A stretch of 64,000 nt of DNA, taken from the IMG/VR virus record IMGVR_UViG_3300034072_000758, positions 452,806-516,805 of that record; one strand, written 5' to 3'. Position 1 is the stretch's first letter. Every line of letters begins with the position of its first letter. The notes under the pieces were generated by a model. It worked only from the letters and a program-made list of their open reading frames with translations, was not told the DNA's origin and did not search any database. This document shows positions 35,573 through 45,374 of this stretch, piece after piece. Position numbers and translations under genes: made by a program.

Positions 35573-38218
35573 TTAGGTACATGACTCGCATATTTCCGGG
35601 TTTTCTGGGGCAACCGTTGGGGCAGCGTCATAGTTATTGACGGTGACCTTTTGGATACGGCTGGCCGAGCGAGAGCGCAGATAATAAGTCGTTTTCAGAC
35701 CAGATTCCCACGCCATTTTGTACAGGGCCGACAAGACACCAATTCTCTTGTTCTGATCATACTTGTTCAAGTCCAAAAAGATGTTCGTGGACTGCGCTTG
35801 ACAAATAAAGGCACCACGAGCCGCCGCGTGACGAATGATGGCCTTCTGTGAAATTTCCCAGACGGTCTTGTAGAGCGAATAGAAATCCGTAGGCAGGTTC
35901 TTAAGGTTCATGATCGAACCCTCGTCTTGTATCAACGTTTGGATCGTTTCGTCATTCCATCGACCGATTGCCTTCAAGTCGGCAACCAAGTGCTTGTTGA
36001 TAGAAATGAACTCACCCGACAGAGTTTCACGCTTCAACAGGTTTGACTTCGTAGGCTCTGTACATTCCTCAGCACCAGAAATGTGCGCAATGGAGGCCGT
36101 AGGAGCGATAGCAATCAGCAGGGAGTTGCGAAGGCCATACGTTTTAATATCCGCCTTGAGAGCGTCCCAACGGGCCTTGTCAGATGGTTCTACACCTACC
36201 AGATCGAATTGGAGATCACCCTTGGCAGCACGGGTCAGGAAGAAGTCTCGGTGAGCACCATGTTTCTTAGCCAGTTCACATGAGGTCTTCAAGGCTTGGT
36301 AATAAATTTCCTCTTGGATCGTAGCAGACAGAGCAACCGCTTCATCGCTCTCGTAAGGAAGACGTAGCTGATAGAAAATATCAGCCAGACCCATCAGACC
36401 CAAACCAACTGGACGCCAGCGCTTGTTAGATGCTTCCGACTCTGGGATCGGATAGAAGTTACGGTCGATAACACGATCAAGATACTTGACCGCAATGTCT
36501 ACGTTCTTTCTCAGCTTTTCTTTGTCGAGCTTGTTGTTCTTGACATAATTACGACCAACATTGATCGAACCAAGGTTACAAACAGCGACTTCATGGCCTT
36601 CCAACGCGGTATAACGATCCGTTGAGTGATCATAACCAAGAATGTTGATATTGTCGTGAAGAATCTTTTCCGGGGACATCGCATTGAATTGTTCACGGGT
36701 CAATTCGATCTTCTTACCAGAGTTGGTAATTTCGAGAATTTCCGTACACAAATTCGACAGGTGAATGATACCGGAGGACAACTTCTTTTCAACCAGCTTC
36801 ACACCATAGACTTCACTATGACCGGCGACCCCGATAGAATCGGCGGTAGTGATCTCAGCAGCATATTTTGTACCGGAGATTGTCTCGATTTGGTCAGTTG
36901 GAAGATGGCGCAGGAACGAACCATTCGTCAATTCGATCTGAATGACTTCCGTTTCCGGGTGAACCTGATTGCCGCGCTTATTAGCGGTATCCTTGAAGCA
37001 AATCCATCCGTTGCCGGTTTCGCTCAAGGTACGAATCATACGCGCATACAGCTTGTGTGCCGGAATTTGTTCAGCGTACTTGCCTTCGCGCTCAAGCTCA
37101 AGATAGCGAGCCTCATAAGCTTCACCGTACAGGTCATTCAATTCTGGCGCGACAGCCGGGTCAAACAGCGACCATTGCTCGTTGGCGACCATACGCTTCA
37201 TGAACAAATCGGATACCCAGACCGCGAGGTTCAGGTTGTAGGCGCGCTTTTCCTTTTCACCGGCATTATCGCGCAGTTCCAAGAACTCCATGATGTCAGC
37301 GTGGTGTGTTTCGATATAAACACAAGCCGCACCCTTGCGCTTGCCACCTTGGTTGACAGCAGCAACATATCCGTTATTGGCATGAAGCCAAGGAATCAGG
37401 CCGTTGGAATTACCGTTTGTGCCTTTGATGAAGCTACCAGACGAGCGGATGCGCGAAGCCGAATAACCGATACCACCAGCATACTTCGACAATTGATTAA
37501 AGTCCGACTGGCGCTTCGAAATGTCTTTCAGATCATCCAGAGCCGAATCCAACAAATAGCACGACGACATCTGGCTACGTTGAGTTCCCGAATTGAAAAG
37601 CGTCGGCGATGATGTCATGTACTCCAAGCTGGACAGCAGATTATACATTTCGATAACTTCGGAAGCTGTTTCGGCAAGACCAGCAGCTACGCGCATGAAG
37701 AAATATTGAGGCGTCTCAATGACAACACGTTGTTTCGAGTTCTCGCTTACCTTCGCCGAGGTGTGCTTCAAACAATAGCGATCATATAGCGTTTGAATAC
37801 CATGATATTCCAACAGGTTATCGCGCTCAGGCTTAATCGCCGAGTTCAGCTTACGCTTGTTGGCCGAAACCAATTTATACGTTGCTTCGTTAATCAGACC
37901 CAACTCATAACCAGTTTGAATGCTCTGCGAGAACGAATGAATGTCCTGAACAGCCAATTCTTTAGCAATATAGTTCGAGAGAATACGAGCGGCCAGTGTA
38001 CCGTATTGCGGATCAGTAATGGCCAAATTGGAAGAGTTCTTTATAGAAATCAAATCGATTTCGCGGGAAGCAACACCGTCAACCAAACTACCAACGGTCT
38101 TAGTAGCTACCTTAAAGATGTCCAAATCTTTCAGGTCACTCGACACTCTTGTCAGAGAATTAACAATCTTATTCAGGTCAACCTCTTCAAGTTGACCATT
38201 TCTTTTCTTTACGAACAT
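35573..38218 (-). CDS. nrdA: Class I ribonucleotide reductase alpha subunit with two in-frame insertions
   Basis: ATP cone, SPTLFNSG, MSSC, NQGGKRKGA, SNLCTEI, VCNLGS, APTAS, KTTYY, CESC. Confidence 0.96.
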   Translation of the reverse strand: MFVKKRNGQLEEVDLNKIVNSLTRVSSDLKDLDIFKVATKTVGSLVDGVASREIDLISIKNSSNLAITDPQYGTLAARILSNYIAKELAVQDIHSFSQSIQTGYELGLINEATYKLVSANKRKLNSAIKPERDNLLEYHGIQTLYDRYCLKHTSAKVSENSKQRVVIETPQYFFMRVAAGLAETASEVIEMYNLLSSLEYMTSSPTLFNSGTQRSQMSSCYLLDSALDDLKDISKRQSDFNQLSKYAGGIGYSASRIRSSGSFIKGTNGNSNGLIPWLHANNGYVAAVNQGGKRKGAACVYIETHHADIMEFLELRDNAGEKEKRAYNLNLAVWVSDLFMKRMVANEQWSLFDPAVAPELNDLYGEAYEARYLELEREGKYAEQIPAHKLYARMIRTLSETGNGWICFKDTANKRGNQVHPETEVIQIELTNGSFLRHLPTDQIETISGTKYAAEITTADSIGVAGHSEVYGVKLVEKKLSSGIIHLSNLCTEILEITNSGKKIELTREQFNAMSPEKILHDNINILGYDHSTDRYTALEGHEVAVCNLGSINVGRNYVKNNKLDKEKLRKNVDIAVKYLDRVIDRNFYPIPESEASNKRWRPVGLGLMGLADIFYQLRLPYESDEAVALSATIQEEIYYQALKTSCELAKKHGAHRDFFLTRAAKGDLQFDLVGVEPSDKARWDALKADIKTYGLRNSLLIAIAPTASIAHISGAEECTEPTKSNLLKRETLSGEFISINKHLVADLKAIGRWNDETIQTLIQDEGSIMNLKNLPTDFYSLYKTVWEISQKAIIRHAAARGAFICQAQSTNIFLDLNKYDQNKRIGVLSALYKMAWESGLKTTYYLRSRSASRIQKVTVNNYDAAPTVAPENPEICESCT

Positions 38219-38281
38219 GTGACGATCCTTTCAATACCGATTATAGGTTATCGGTTTTGCCTTTTACAATTTTTAAATAAT

Positions 38282-38866
38282 TCAGATGGTGGTTTTTTTA
38301 ATAAAAGCGTGAATAACATCACCCAAGTCATTGATCAGCAGAAGCGGGCGATAATATTCCCCGTCTTGGACAAACTCGTCCCCAACAACAAATTGTTGTT
38401 CTACTATACCAATACCATTTCTCTGATATGTAATTGTATCACCATAGAGTATTCTCAATTCGTATGGCGGTTCAATTGGTACATTTGTTTCAGAACGCCA
38501 AGTAGAGATCAATAGCGTTACTGATGTGTTCTTTTTTATATTCAAATCATAACCATATCCACCTTCCTTAGATATGACCTTCACGACTTGCGGTGTGTTT
38601 CCCAGACTTTCATATCGAGGGGTAATGAAGAACTCCGTCTTCGTCTGGCGGCGATTATGGAGGCTAAAAACACGTTGGGTCTTTGTCCCAATCTCAGTAA
38701 GAATTTCTGTGTGGCTATATGGAAAGCTTTCACGATTGAAACCGTTTTTACTACCAATGATAACTTCGTTCGCATCGGTAAAAGCCAGACGACCCTCAGC
38801 ATAATCAGGCCCAATTACGGAATTACTTACTTGAGGAAGGACGAGTGGTGATTTCAAATTTAACAT
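38282..38866 (-). CDS. Putative virion protein
   Basis: GRLAFTD...IIG...FPY..TEILTE module shared with 39294-39935. Confidence 0.6.
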   Translation of the reverse strand: MLNLKSPLVLPQVSNSVIGPDYAEGRLAFTDANEVIIGSKNGFNRESFPYSHTEILTEIGTKTQRVFSLHNRRQTKTEFFITPRYESLGNTPQVVKVISKEGGYGYDLNIKKNTSVTLLISTWRSETNVPIEPPYELRILYGDTITYQRNGIGIVEQQFVVGDEFVQDGEYYRPLLLINDLGDVIHAFIKKTTI

Positions 38867-39297
38867 TCTTTATATCTCCTACCATCAAACTTCCATACCG
38901 ACAGTACATCATGGTGAGTTGATGGTATCGCCGAAACAGTTCTATATTTATAGTTCAGCCAATACTTTTTATCGACTTCAAGCACGATCATTTGATCAGA
39001 AATATCATAGTCTCGGATTAGTTTTAATGACAGATCGCTCGCCTCATAGCCGCCCAAACGAAGCGTAAATTCCATGCCAGCGGCTATGGAATTGATACAC
39101 CAGTCATTGTTGTTGATCATTTCCCAAGGCGTCGGCCAAGTATCCAATGCTTCGGGATCGTATGCCATTTTAGCAAGCGGGGCCATCGACCAAAAATCAA
39201 CGACCGCTTGTAAAGCATCGTCACGTTCGGCCACACTATTGCGCAGGGTCTTCCAAGCTTTAGTCAGTTCGTCTATTGGGAGTATAAAAGGATTCAC
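38860..39297 (-). CDS. Conserved jumbo-phage hypothetical protein
   Basis: W..LR...FWS.AP...WPTPWEMI motif; overlaps both neighbours. Confidence 0.7.
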   Translation of the reverse strand: MNPFILPIDELTKAWKTLRNSVAERDDALQAVVDFWSMAPLAKMAYDPEALDTWPTPWEMINNNDWCINSIAAGMEFTLRLGGYEASDLSLKLIRDYDISDQMIVLEVDKKYWLNYKYRTVSAIPSTHHDVLSVWKFDGRRYKEC

Positions 39298-39935
39298 ACC
39301 AATTCCCCATCAGTCAATCCAGAGAGAACAGTCTTCCTCATAAAGAATTTCACATCGCCGTTTTCAGCACCATTGTCGCACATCAAATAATAGTAAGTGC
39401 CATTATAGCCGATAGTAAAATCTACAGCGGACCCAACGCCTTCATGGAATATTTCAGCCGAACCACCCGATGCGCGGATGTACAATTTGCCATTCTGAAT
39501 TGGCGAATTATCAGCTAAAATAAAACAATGATATTCAACCACCGCGCTGAAATTAGTAGCATAAAATCTGCTAGGAACTTCATTACCACTGTAATCAGGG
39601 AAAGTAATTTCAGCATTGGCGACCGGAATTGTTGTTGGGACAAAAAAGTCATTTTCTGTTTGACTTTTCATAAAGTCAGAAAATAACTCTTTCGTTCTTG
39701 GGGAAGCTTCTGTCAGTATCTCGATATTCTGATAGGGGAAGCGTGTTCTGTTGTAATTTACGTCACCAACACCCGGCACATGACCGATGAAAACTCGTCC
39801 GGTGTCTGTGGTCATAACGAGTTGCCCTAAATCTACACTTTGGCTGAAAGCCAGTGGAGACTCGCTTATTGGTTTACCCGGTAAGTCAATTTCCTTACCT
39901 CTAGTTAAACGAAACTTAGCAGCAATACTCGTCAT
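39294..39935 (-). CDS. Putative virion protein
   Basis: RG...DLP...GQL...TDTGRVFIG...NIEILTE; TAAATA upstream. Confidence 0.65.
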   Translation of the reverse strand: MTSIAAKFRLTRGKEIDLPGKPISESPLAFSQSVDLGQLVMTTDTGRVFIGHVPGVGDVNYNRTRFPYQNIEILTEASPRTKELFSDFMKSQTENDFFVPTTIPVANAEITFPDYSGNEVPSRFYATNFSAVVEYHCFILADNSPIQNGKLYIRASGGSAEIFHEGVGSAVDFTIGYNGTYYYLMCDNGAENGDVKFFMRKTVLSGLTDGELV

Positions 39936-39956
39936 TCATAAATCCTCGCATTCTAT

Positions 39957-40628
39957 TTATTTCTTATTTTCGTGGTATTGCTCTAATCTCTGGAACCAAA
40001 TGTCGGAAAAATGATCGAACTCCGCCCCCTTCACTATAAACTCTTCGTAGTTGGTATCACGGTCGATCATCATAATAACGATCTTTCGTATCTCAGTGCC
40101 GTAGAGATAATTATGTGCGTGAGCATATGCAGCACACTGACAAAAATAGTCAGTGATTTGTTCTTTCTTTTTGATCTTCTTCGAGTTCTTGAAGTCCATA
40201 ATGGCTTGCTCACCATGATGTTCTCCCACCAGATCGGTGGTCCCGGCATACAGGGCTGGATAATAAAGCCCCACTTCGCTACCGTAGAGCGTCGTAACGC
40301 CCGGTAGAGCCTCTTTAATCATCTTGTCTGCCATGATAGCCGCAAGCTGAAAGATGGGCTTCCCCGACCGCGATGGGCGCTCTGTGCCAAGGATATGACA
40401 CTCCATATGCTCATGGACCAGAGTTCCCAAATTCGAAGCGTACTTGACTTGTTGGTCAGCAGCCGCATTTCCAATACGCTTACGCCATTCAATCAAGAAT
40501 GTTTTGTCGGCGGTAGCATCCAGAATAGTGGTAACAGAGGGGATCAATAGATTGCTTTCGGGACAGACATAATGTCTCTTCTCGTAAGTAGTTTCGTCCC
40601 GAACCAATTTTTGATAATTAAACGCCAT
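39957..40628 (-). CDS. PD-(D/E)XK exonuclease
   Basis: PSVTTIL, GTLVH, YAGTTD, MDFK, QCAAY. Confidence 0.88.
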   Translation of the reverse strand: MAFNYQKLVRDETTYEKRHYVCPESNLLIPSVTTILDATADKTFLIEWRKRIGNAAADQQVKYASNLGTLVHEHMECHILGTERPSRSGKPIFQLAAIMADKMIKEALPGVTTLYGSEVGLYYPALYAGTTDLVGEHHGEQAIMDFKNSKKIKKKEQITDYFCQCAAYAHAHNYLYGTEIRKIVIMMIDRDTNYEEFIVKGAEFDHFSDIWFQRLEQYHENKK

Positions 40629-41215
40629 TATGTTAACTCGTACTTTGCGATATAGTAATTCAGCAGAGGTTTGCTGATCTTCAAATCGGCCATGATTTTT
40701 TCGATTGGCTTATTTCGACAATAAGCAGTGAATGTTTCTTTGCTGGAAACGATGTCGGCGAGACTCAATTCATCAACTTTATTTTCACAAATCCAATTTC
40801 TCTGAGCATTTTTTGCTTCCTGAACGGCGATCCTAGCTTCATGCGCTGCGGATATGCGTTGGTTCACGCAAGGGCATCCTCGTTGACACCGAGCGACATA
40901 CTGCCCCGGATCAAAAACTCTTGTGTTCCCGAAGCTACATGTTCGAGCTTCCTTAGAGTACAAAAAGAAAATCTTCGACTTGGCGTCTAAGTCTTCGTTG
41001 GGAAATTGACTATCGATACACATCTTGAAGTCGTCATCGATCTCATATATTTTCGAGAACGCCGTAACAACAACTTCCACATCCGAACGAGTCTTCGCAA
41101 CGATGGGCCGACGACCTCTTCTCGGATTATAACTGTCAGCAATGAGATATTCTCTTATCAAAGAGGTATCTTGCTTACCTTCTAATATCGATTGAAAATG
41201 TAACGCAAAACTCAT
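40628..41215 (-). CDS. Hypothetical protein (Cys cluster, possible C-terminal HTH)
   Basis: 195-aa ORF, GAGG RBS. Confidence 0.7.
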   Translation of the reverse strand: MSFALHFQSILEGKQDTSLIREYLIADSYNPRRGRRPIVAKTRSDVEVVVTAFSKIYEIDDDFKMCIDSQFPNEDLDAKSKIFFLYSKEARTCSFGNTRVFDPGQYVARCQRGCPCVNQRISAAHEARIAVQEAKNAQRNWICENKVDELSLADIVSSKETFTAYCRNKPIEKIMADLKISKPLLNYYIAKYELT

Positions 41216-41334
41216 ATCATCCTCACTTGGATGTTAACCATACTATACTGTCGGAAGAAATAGCAAAATTATTTTTTATGATTCCGCGCAAACAGCCAAA
41301 ATGTTGGCCATAGTATAAGTATGGAGGACTAGAT

Positions 41335-41553
41335 ATGATCGTGTATTTGGTAATAGGACACATCGACGGCGCAATCTATGCGCACTTCACCGCGACAAAA
41401 AAGCAAGCGAAAGAGCACATAAAATACTGTGAGCGAACTTTCGATTGGGTAGAGGTGAGTATATCAGAATACGAAATAACCCCGACTAAAGCCGGGGTCG
41501 CAGAAGCAATGAATGTGTTTATTCATCATACCGCTCTTAACGATGGCGGCTAA
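41335..41553 (+). CDS. Hypothetical protein
   Basis: GGAGG RBS. Confidence 0.7.
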   Translation: MIVYLVIGHIDGAIYAHFTATKKQAKEHIKYCERTFDWVEVSISEYEITPTKAGVAEAMNVFIHHTALNDGG

Positions 41554-41815
41554 CGGCTTCCAAACCAGCGTCGGTGATTTCGACAGATGGCGTAAATGTG
41601 AACATTTCACCATTGTCCAGTTCAACAGGGTCTTCTTCTGTTATGATCACATACCCCGCCTTATTGAGACGCTTAAAGCGATTCAAACCGAATGAATCCG
41701 AACCAAGGTTATCGGTGGAGTCTTTGTCATCCAGACGCGAAATTAGAACCGAACCACCAAAGTTGTGTTTCAGCCAGTATAACGCATCATAATCTTTCGG
41801 TTTAAGATTAGACAT
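41537..41815 (-). CDS. Hypothetical protein (winged-helix-like)
   Basis: AGGAGG RBS, TTGACA promoter; RL..AGYV...EITDAG. Confidence 0.7.
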   Translation of the reverse strand: MSNLKPKDYDALYWLKHNFGGSVLISRLDDKDSTDNLGSDSFGLNRFKRLNKAGYVIITEEDPVELDNGEMFTFTPSVEITDAGLEAVSRHR

Positions 41816-41868
41816 AGATACCTCCTATAGAGATATATTACACAAATATACGTATATGTCAATCTATC

Positions 41869-42231
41869 TTACTTTTTGACTTCTTTAGCCGCTTGGTCAG
41901 CCGCAAGTTTGTCAAATCTCTTCTGACCCTTTTCTTTTTCAGTGTCGGATACGACTGTATCCGGGTCGAACTGTTGGTTGAAGTAGATTTTGTCATCTTC
42001 AATTTTCTTGATAATCTTAAATTTATCTGGATTCAAGAGGTTCATCACATAGTCATCGTCCAGATTAATACCAGTGTCCAAATTTTCCAACTGATCCTGA
42101 ACGGACTGAACGGACACAAATGGAACTCCACCATCATATAGCGGCAACAACACATCCATTAGATAGTTTCTAATGTCTGCGTCGTCGTTCACGCCGTCCG
42201 GGTCTTCATCGAATAATTCCGAAAGTCTCAT
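41869..42231 (-). CDS. Putative head protein
   Basis: MRLSELFDE leader, acidic. Confidence 0.65.
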   Translation of the reverse strand: MRLSELFDEDPDGVNDDADIRNYLMDVLLPLYDGGVPFVSVQSVQDQLENLDTGINLDDDYVMNLLNPDKFKIIKKIEDDKIYFNQQFDPDTVVSDTEKEKGQKRFDKLAADQAAKEVKK

Positions 42232-42248
42232 TTGTGTCCGCCTAATCC

Positions 42249-43925
42249 TTATGAGAATGGGGTGTCGTCGGCGTTTTCAGCCGATTTTTGAACGCGGTAT
42301 TGTGGAGCGTGGATCACACCATTTTTAACGTTTTCTGGGATGATACCCTTCCCGTCAACGATAGTAACACGATAACGAGGGACCAGCATATTACCTTCCC
42401 AAGTCAATACGAGATCGGTGTTTTGCATCACCTTTACGAGGAAAGGATTGTTCACCTTCGAATTGAATTGCTTGGTTTCGCCCAACCCAATTGTTCCAAA
42501 TACGTAAAGTGCCTCAACGGTCTTGTTGACGAACTTCTTGTAATCCAATTTCGCGGCATTTTCAGCCTCTTCCTTTGTAGCCTTGTCGATATACGACTTA
42601 TAAATTTGCTTCAACGGAACAACACCATTTGGCGTCTGATGAGCTACTGGCGCAGCTACACCACGCTTACCGAAGGCTTCATCCAGTTCTTCTTGGTCAT
42701 TTTGCTTCTTCTTGCGATTTTGAGCAAATTGATCCTGAGACTTAGCCTTACTACCACCCTTGAAGTTAGGCGAATCTGGGTTCTTCGACCATGAACGGCC
42801 TTCTTCTAATTCGTCCTGATCAGACTTTTTTTTACGGCGCTCTTGTGAGGCTTGGGCCTGTCCAGCCGCTTTCTTTCCACCTTTGAAGTCTTCGGAGTCC
42901 GGGTTATTTGACCACGAACGGCCTTCCTTGACTGGTTTTGGCGCAGCTTTGATACTCTTGGCCATAGAAGCTTCCTTACCATTCTTCAACAGAGCGGATG
43001 GGATTTTTCCTTCTTCGAGTTCTTCCTGATCGGCTTTCTTCTTGTTACGATCCTGAGCGAACTTGTTTTGAGTAGTAGCTTTCTTACCACCCTTGAAGTT
43101 AGGTGAGTCTGGGTTACGGTTCCAAGAGCGACCTTCATCCAAATCCTCTTCTTCGCCCTTCTTGCGGCGGTGGGCTTGTTCATCCTTAGCCTTCTTTTGC
43201 GCGTCCTTGGACTTGTAATTCGCAGCGTCAGGATTCTTCGACCACGAACGACCTTCCTTGACGATCTCAACTACGTCCGACATTTCGATACCAAAAGCTT
43301 CGGAGACAAGCTTTGCTGTCTGTGTGCCATTCTTTACCGATGGATAGAGCTTAACAAATGTGCTGAAAATCAAAGCATCCGGGTTCGAAGACTCGCGCAG
43401 AGCCTTTACATTACGCTCGAAGCTTTCCTTGCGGGCGCGGCCCATGTTGAAGTCCATTGAGTCTCCGTTCATGGTGTCTGGACCGGCTTCGGCGTCGTCT
43501 GCGTTGTCATCCGCGAAATCATCGACCGCATCAACGGTCTCTTCATCATCACCCAAATCAGGAGCGTCATCACCGGAGAAGTCGTCATCGCCTGTACCAT
43601 CGTCCATAGCCATGTCGTTGGTTTCTTCGCCGTTCACTGTACCTTCCATCTTACCGATGTGTGTGGTCAATTCTTCTTTAGCTTCTTTTAAGGAGTTGAT
43701 GACAGCACGAAGCTTTTCTGTAGCCGATTGATTGAATTGATCAGCCATTTCAGTTCCAAATGCTGTTTGCATGTTGTCCAGAATAGGCATAATGTCATTA
43801 GCTTCAATCTTCGCCATGTTTTCAGCGAGACTTTGAAGTTTATCGGTGATGGCCTTAACCGCCAATACTACCGAAGCTTTGTTCAATTCATTCTCAATCA
43901 AGAATGAAATATTTTTCGTGGTCAT
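42249..43925 (-). CDS. Putative prohead core/scaffold-like protein with internal peptide repeats
   Basis: Coiled-coil N-domain, D-rich linker, four GRSW repeats. Confidence 0.65.
   Translation of the reverse strand: MTTKNISFLIENELNKASVVLAVKAITDKLQSLAENMAKIEANDIMPILDNMQTAFGTEMADQFNQSATEKLRAVINSLKEAKEELTTHIGKMEGTVNGEETNDMAMDDGTGDDDFSGDDAPDLGDDEETVDAVDDFADDNADDAEAGPDTMNGDSMDFNMGRARKESFERNVKALRESSNPDALIFSTFVKLYPSVKNGTQTAKLVSEAFGIEMSDVVEIVKEGRSWSKNPDAANYKSKDAQKKAKDEQAHRRKKGEEEDLDEGRSWNRNPDSPNFKGGKKATTQNKFAQDRNKKKADQEELEEGKIPSALLKNGKEASMAKSIKAAPKPVKEGRSWSNNPDSEDFKGGKKAAGQAQASQERRKKKSDQDELEEGRSWSKNPDSPNFKGGSKAKSQDQFAQNRKKKQNDQEELDEAFGKRGVAAPVAHQTPNGVVPLKQIYKSYIDKATKEEAENAAKLDYKKFVNKTVEALYVFGTIGLGETKQFNSKVNNPFLVKVMQNTDLVLTWEGNMLVPRYRVTIVDGKGIIPENVKNGVIHAPQYRVQKSAENADDTPFS
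42679..43256 (-). repeat. Four ~41-aa repeats E-GRSWxxNPD...K-rich...DQxEL[DE]E
   Basis: Read directly from the translation. Confidence 0.9.
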
Positions 43926-44161
43926 TTACTTCTCCTTGTACGCTTTGGGGCGATTTCTTTCAAATATAATTTAATCGATTCCGAAATCAAAACTGACTTT
44001 GAATACTCAGCATCGAGGCGACCTTCCATCGCAAGAGACTTCTTCTTTTCCCCATAATGGGTCATCACATCCACCAAATGATCGCGGGATGCGTCGAAAT
44101 TGATCTCTATTCCGAACTGTTCATTCAGAGATTTGTTTAACTTCTTAATTTTAGAGTTCAT
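43922..44161 (-). CDS. Hypothetical late protein
   Basis: TAAATA upstream, ATGA overlap. Confidence 0.7.
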   Translation of the reverse strand: MNSKIKKLNKSLNEQFGIEINFDASRDHLVDVMTHYGEKKKSLAMEGRLDAEYSKSVLISESIKLYLKEIAPKRTRRSK

Positions 44162-44214
44162 GAATCAATCCAATTAAGCATCAAGTATATTTAGTATTTT
44201 TAATAAATATTCGT

Positions 44215-44445
44215 ATGCGCTATTTTGAAATTGCCGGTGGAATGAACCTTATGCTGTCATCAGAAGAAGATGACATAATGGGTATGTTCTCGAATAAATC
44301 GAAAGTATACAAGAGTTCAATTAAAGACGAGAGGCTTGAAGAAGTAGCTCGTAACATGGTTACTCGTGGAATATTAAATAGACACAAAGATGACAACGGT
44401 ATATACTTCGAGATTAACGACAATAAAGGAGTTTGGAGGCTATGA
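44215..44445 (+). CDS. Hypothetical late protein
   Basis: MRYFEI start, TAAATA-N5-ATG. Confidence 0.75.
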   Translation: MRYFEIAGGMNLMLSSEEDDIMGMFSNKSKVYKSSIKDERLEEVARNMVTRGILNRHKDDNGIYFEINDNKGVWRL

Positions 44446-45065
44446 GCTTAGGACCACCTAGCAGAGACGAAATCAATCAAATGAGCAAGCTTATTGCTTT
44501 GATGAACGCTGGCGTTTCGGATGAGCCAGATGATATTGTCATGGAGAACTACAAAACCATCGATCCTTCGGCGGGTGATGCTATTCGTGCCGCTACTTCC
44601 GATAAACAATCGATGAAAGAAATCCTTGAACGCATGTATTCAGCGAACGATGTTGTAATCGACAAAGCGAAGACCAACCGCGTTCTAAAAGAAGCCATCG
44701 ACACCCATACCATTGAGAATGGCGTGATGATCGGACATTACTCGATAATCAGTTCGGATAATCATTATGACGTAGTGGATACATCGACCGGTAAAAAAAT
44801 CGCCGAAGACTTATCTTTGTATGACGCTGCTTACGGTATCGCCAAGTTCTTATATGAAGGCGCGATGATCAATGATCATCGTATCAAGACTATCTTGATC
44901 CAAGAGAGTGATTATTCGAAATACATCAATGATGCAGCGCTTTATAAGATCAACATGAAAACTAGCGATGATCGTAAGAGAATGGTTCTGGAAGACCGTT
45001 ATCAAGTAGCTTATGACCGTGCTAAGGGTTCAAGAAAGATCATCAAAGACCTTTTAAAGGATTAA
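44442..45065 (+). CDS. Hypothetical late protein
   Basis: GGAGG RBS, ATGA overlap. Confidence 0.75.
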   Translation: MSLGPPSRDEINQMSKLIALMNAGVSDEPDDIVMENYKTIDPSAGDAIRAATSDKQSMKEILERMYSANDVVIDKAKTNRVLKEAIDTHTIENGVMIGHYSIISSDNHYDVVDTSTGKKIAEDLSLYDAAYGIAKFLYEGAMINDHRIKTILIQESDYSKYINDAALYKINMKTSDDRKRMVLEDRYQVAYDRAKGSRKIIKDLLKD

Positions 45066-45140
45066 CCATACTTTCTCATTGACAAACAAAATATACAAAA
45101 TATAGTCTCCTATTAGTTAATTCTATTGGGAGACCTTTTT

Positions 45141-45359
45141 ATGTCCAAAACCTTCAAATTCGACGTGTTCTTCAAGGCTTCGGCTGGCGCAAAAGAAACG
45201 AAGCAAAGCTCGGAAGCACCGTTCACCGATTTTACCGCTGCGCAAGAAGACGCGAAGCGCCGTATGTCGGAAAACGCCTTGATCACCCGCATCGAAATCT
45301 ATACACTGTCGGCTGTCGTGCGTACACAGGTTCAGCAAGCCGTCGAAATGGTGGCTTAA
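45141..45359 (+). CDS. Hypothetical protein
   Basis: TTGACA promoter and GGAG RBS. Confidence 0.7.
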   Translation: MSKTFKFDVFFKASAGAKETKQSSEAPFTDFTAAQEDAKRRMSENALITRIEIYTLSAVVRTQVQQAVEMVA

Positions 45360-45374
45360 ACTCAGGAGTCTCCA

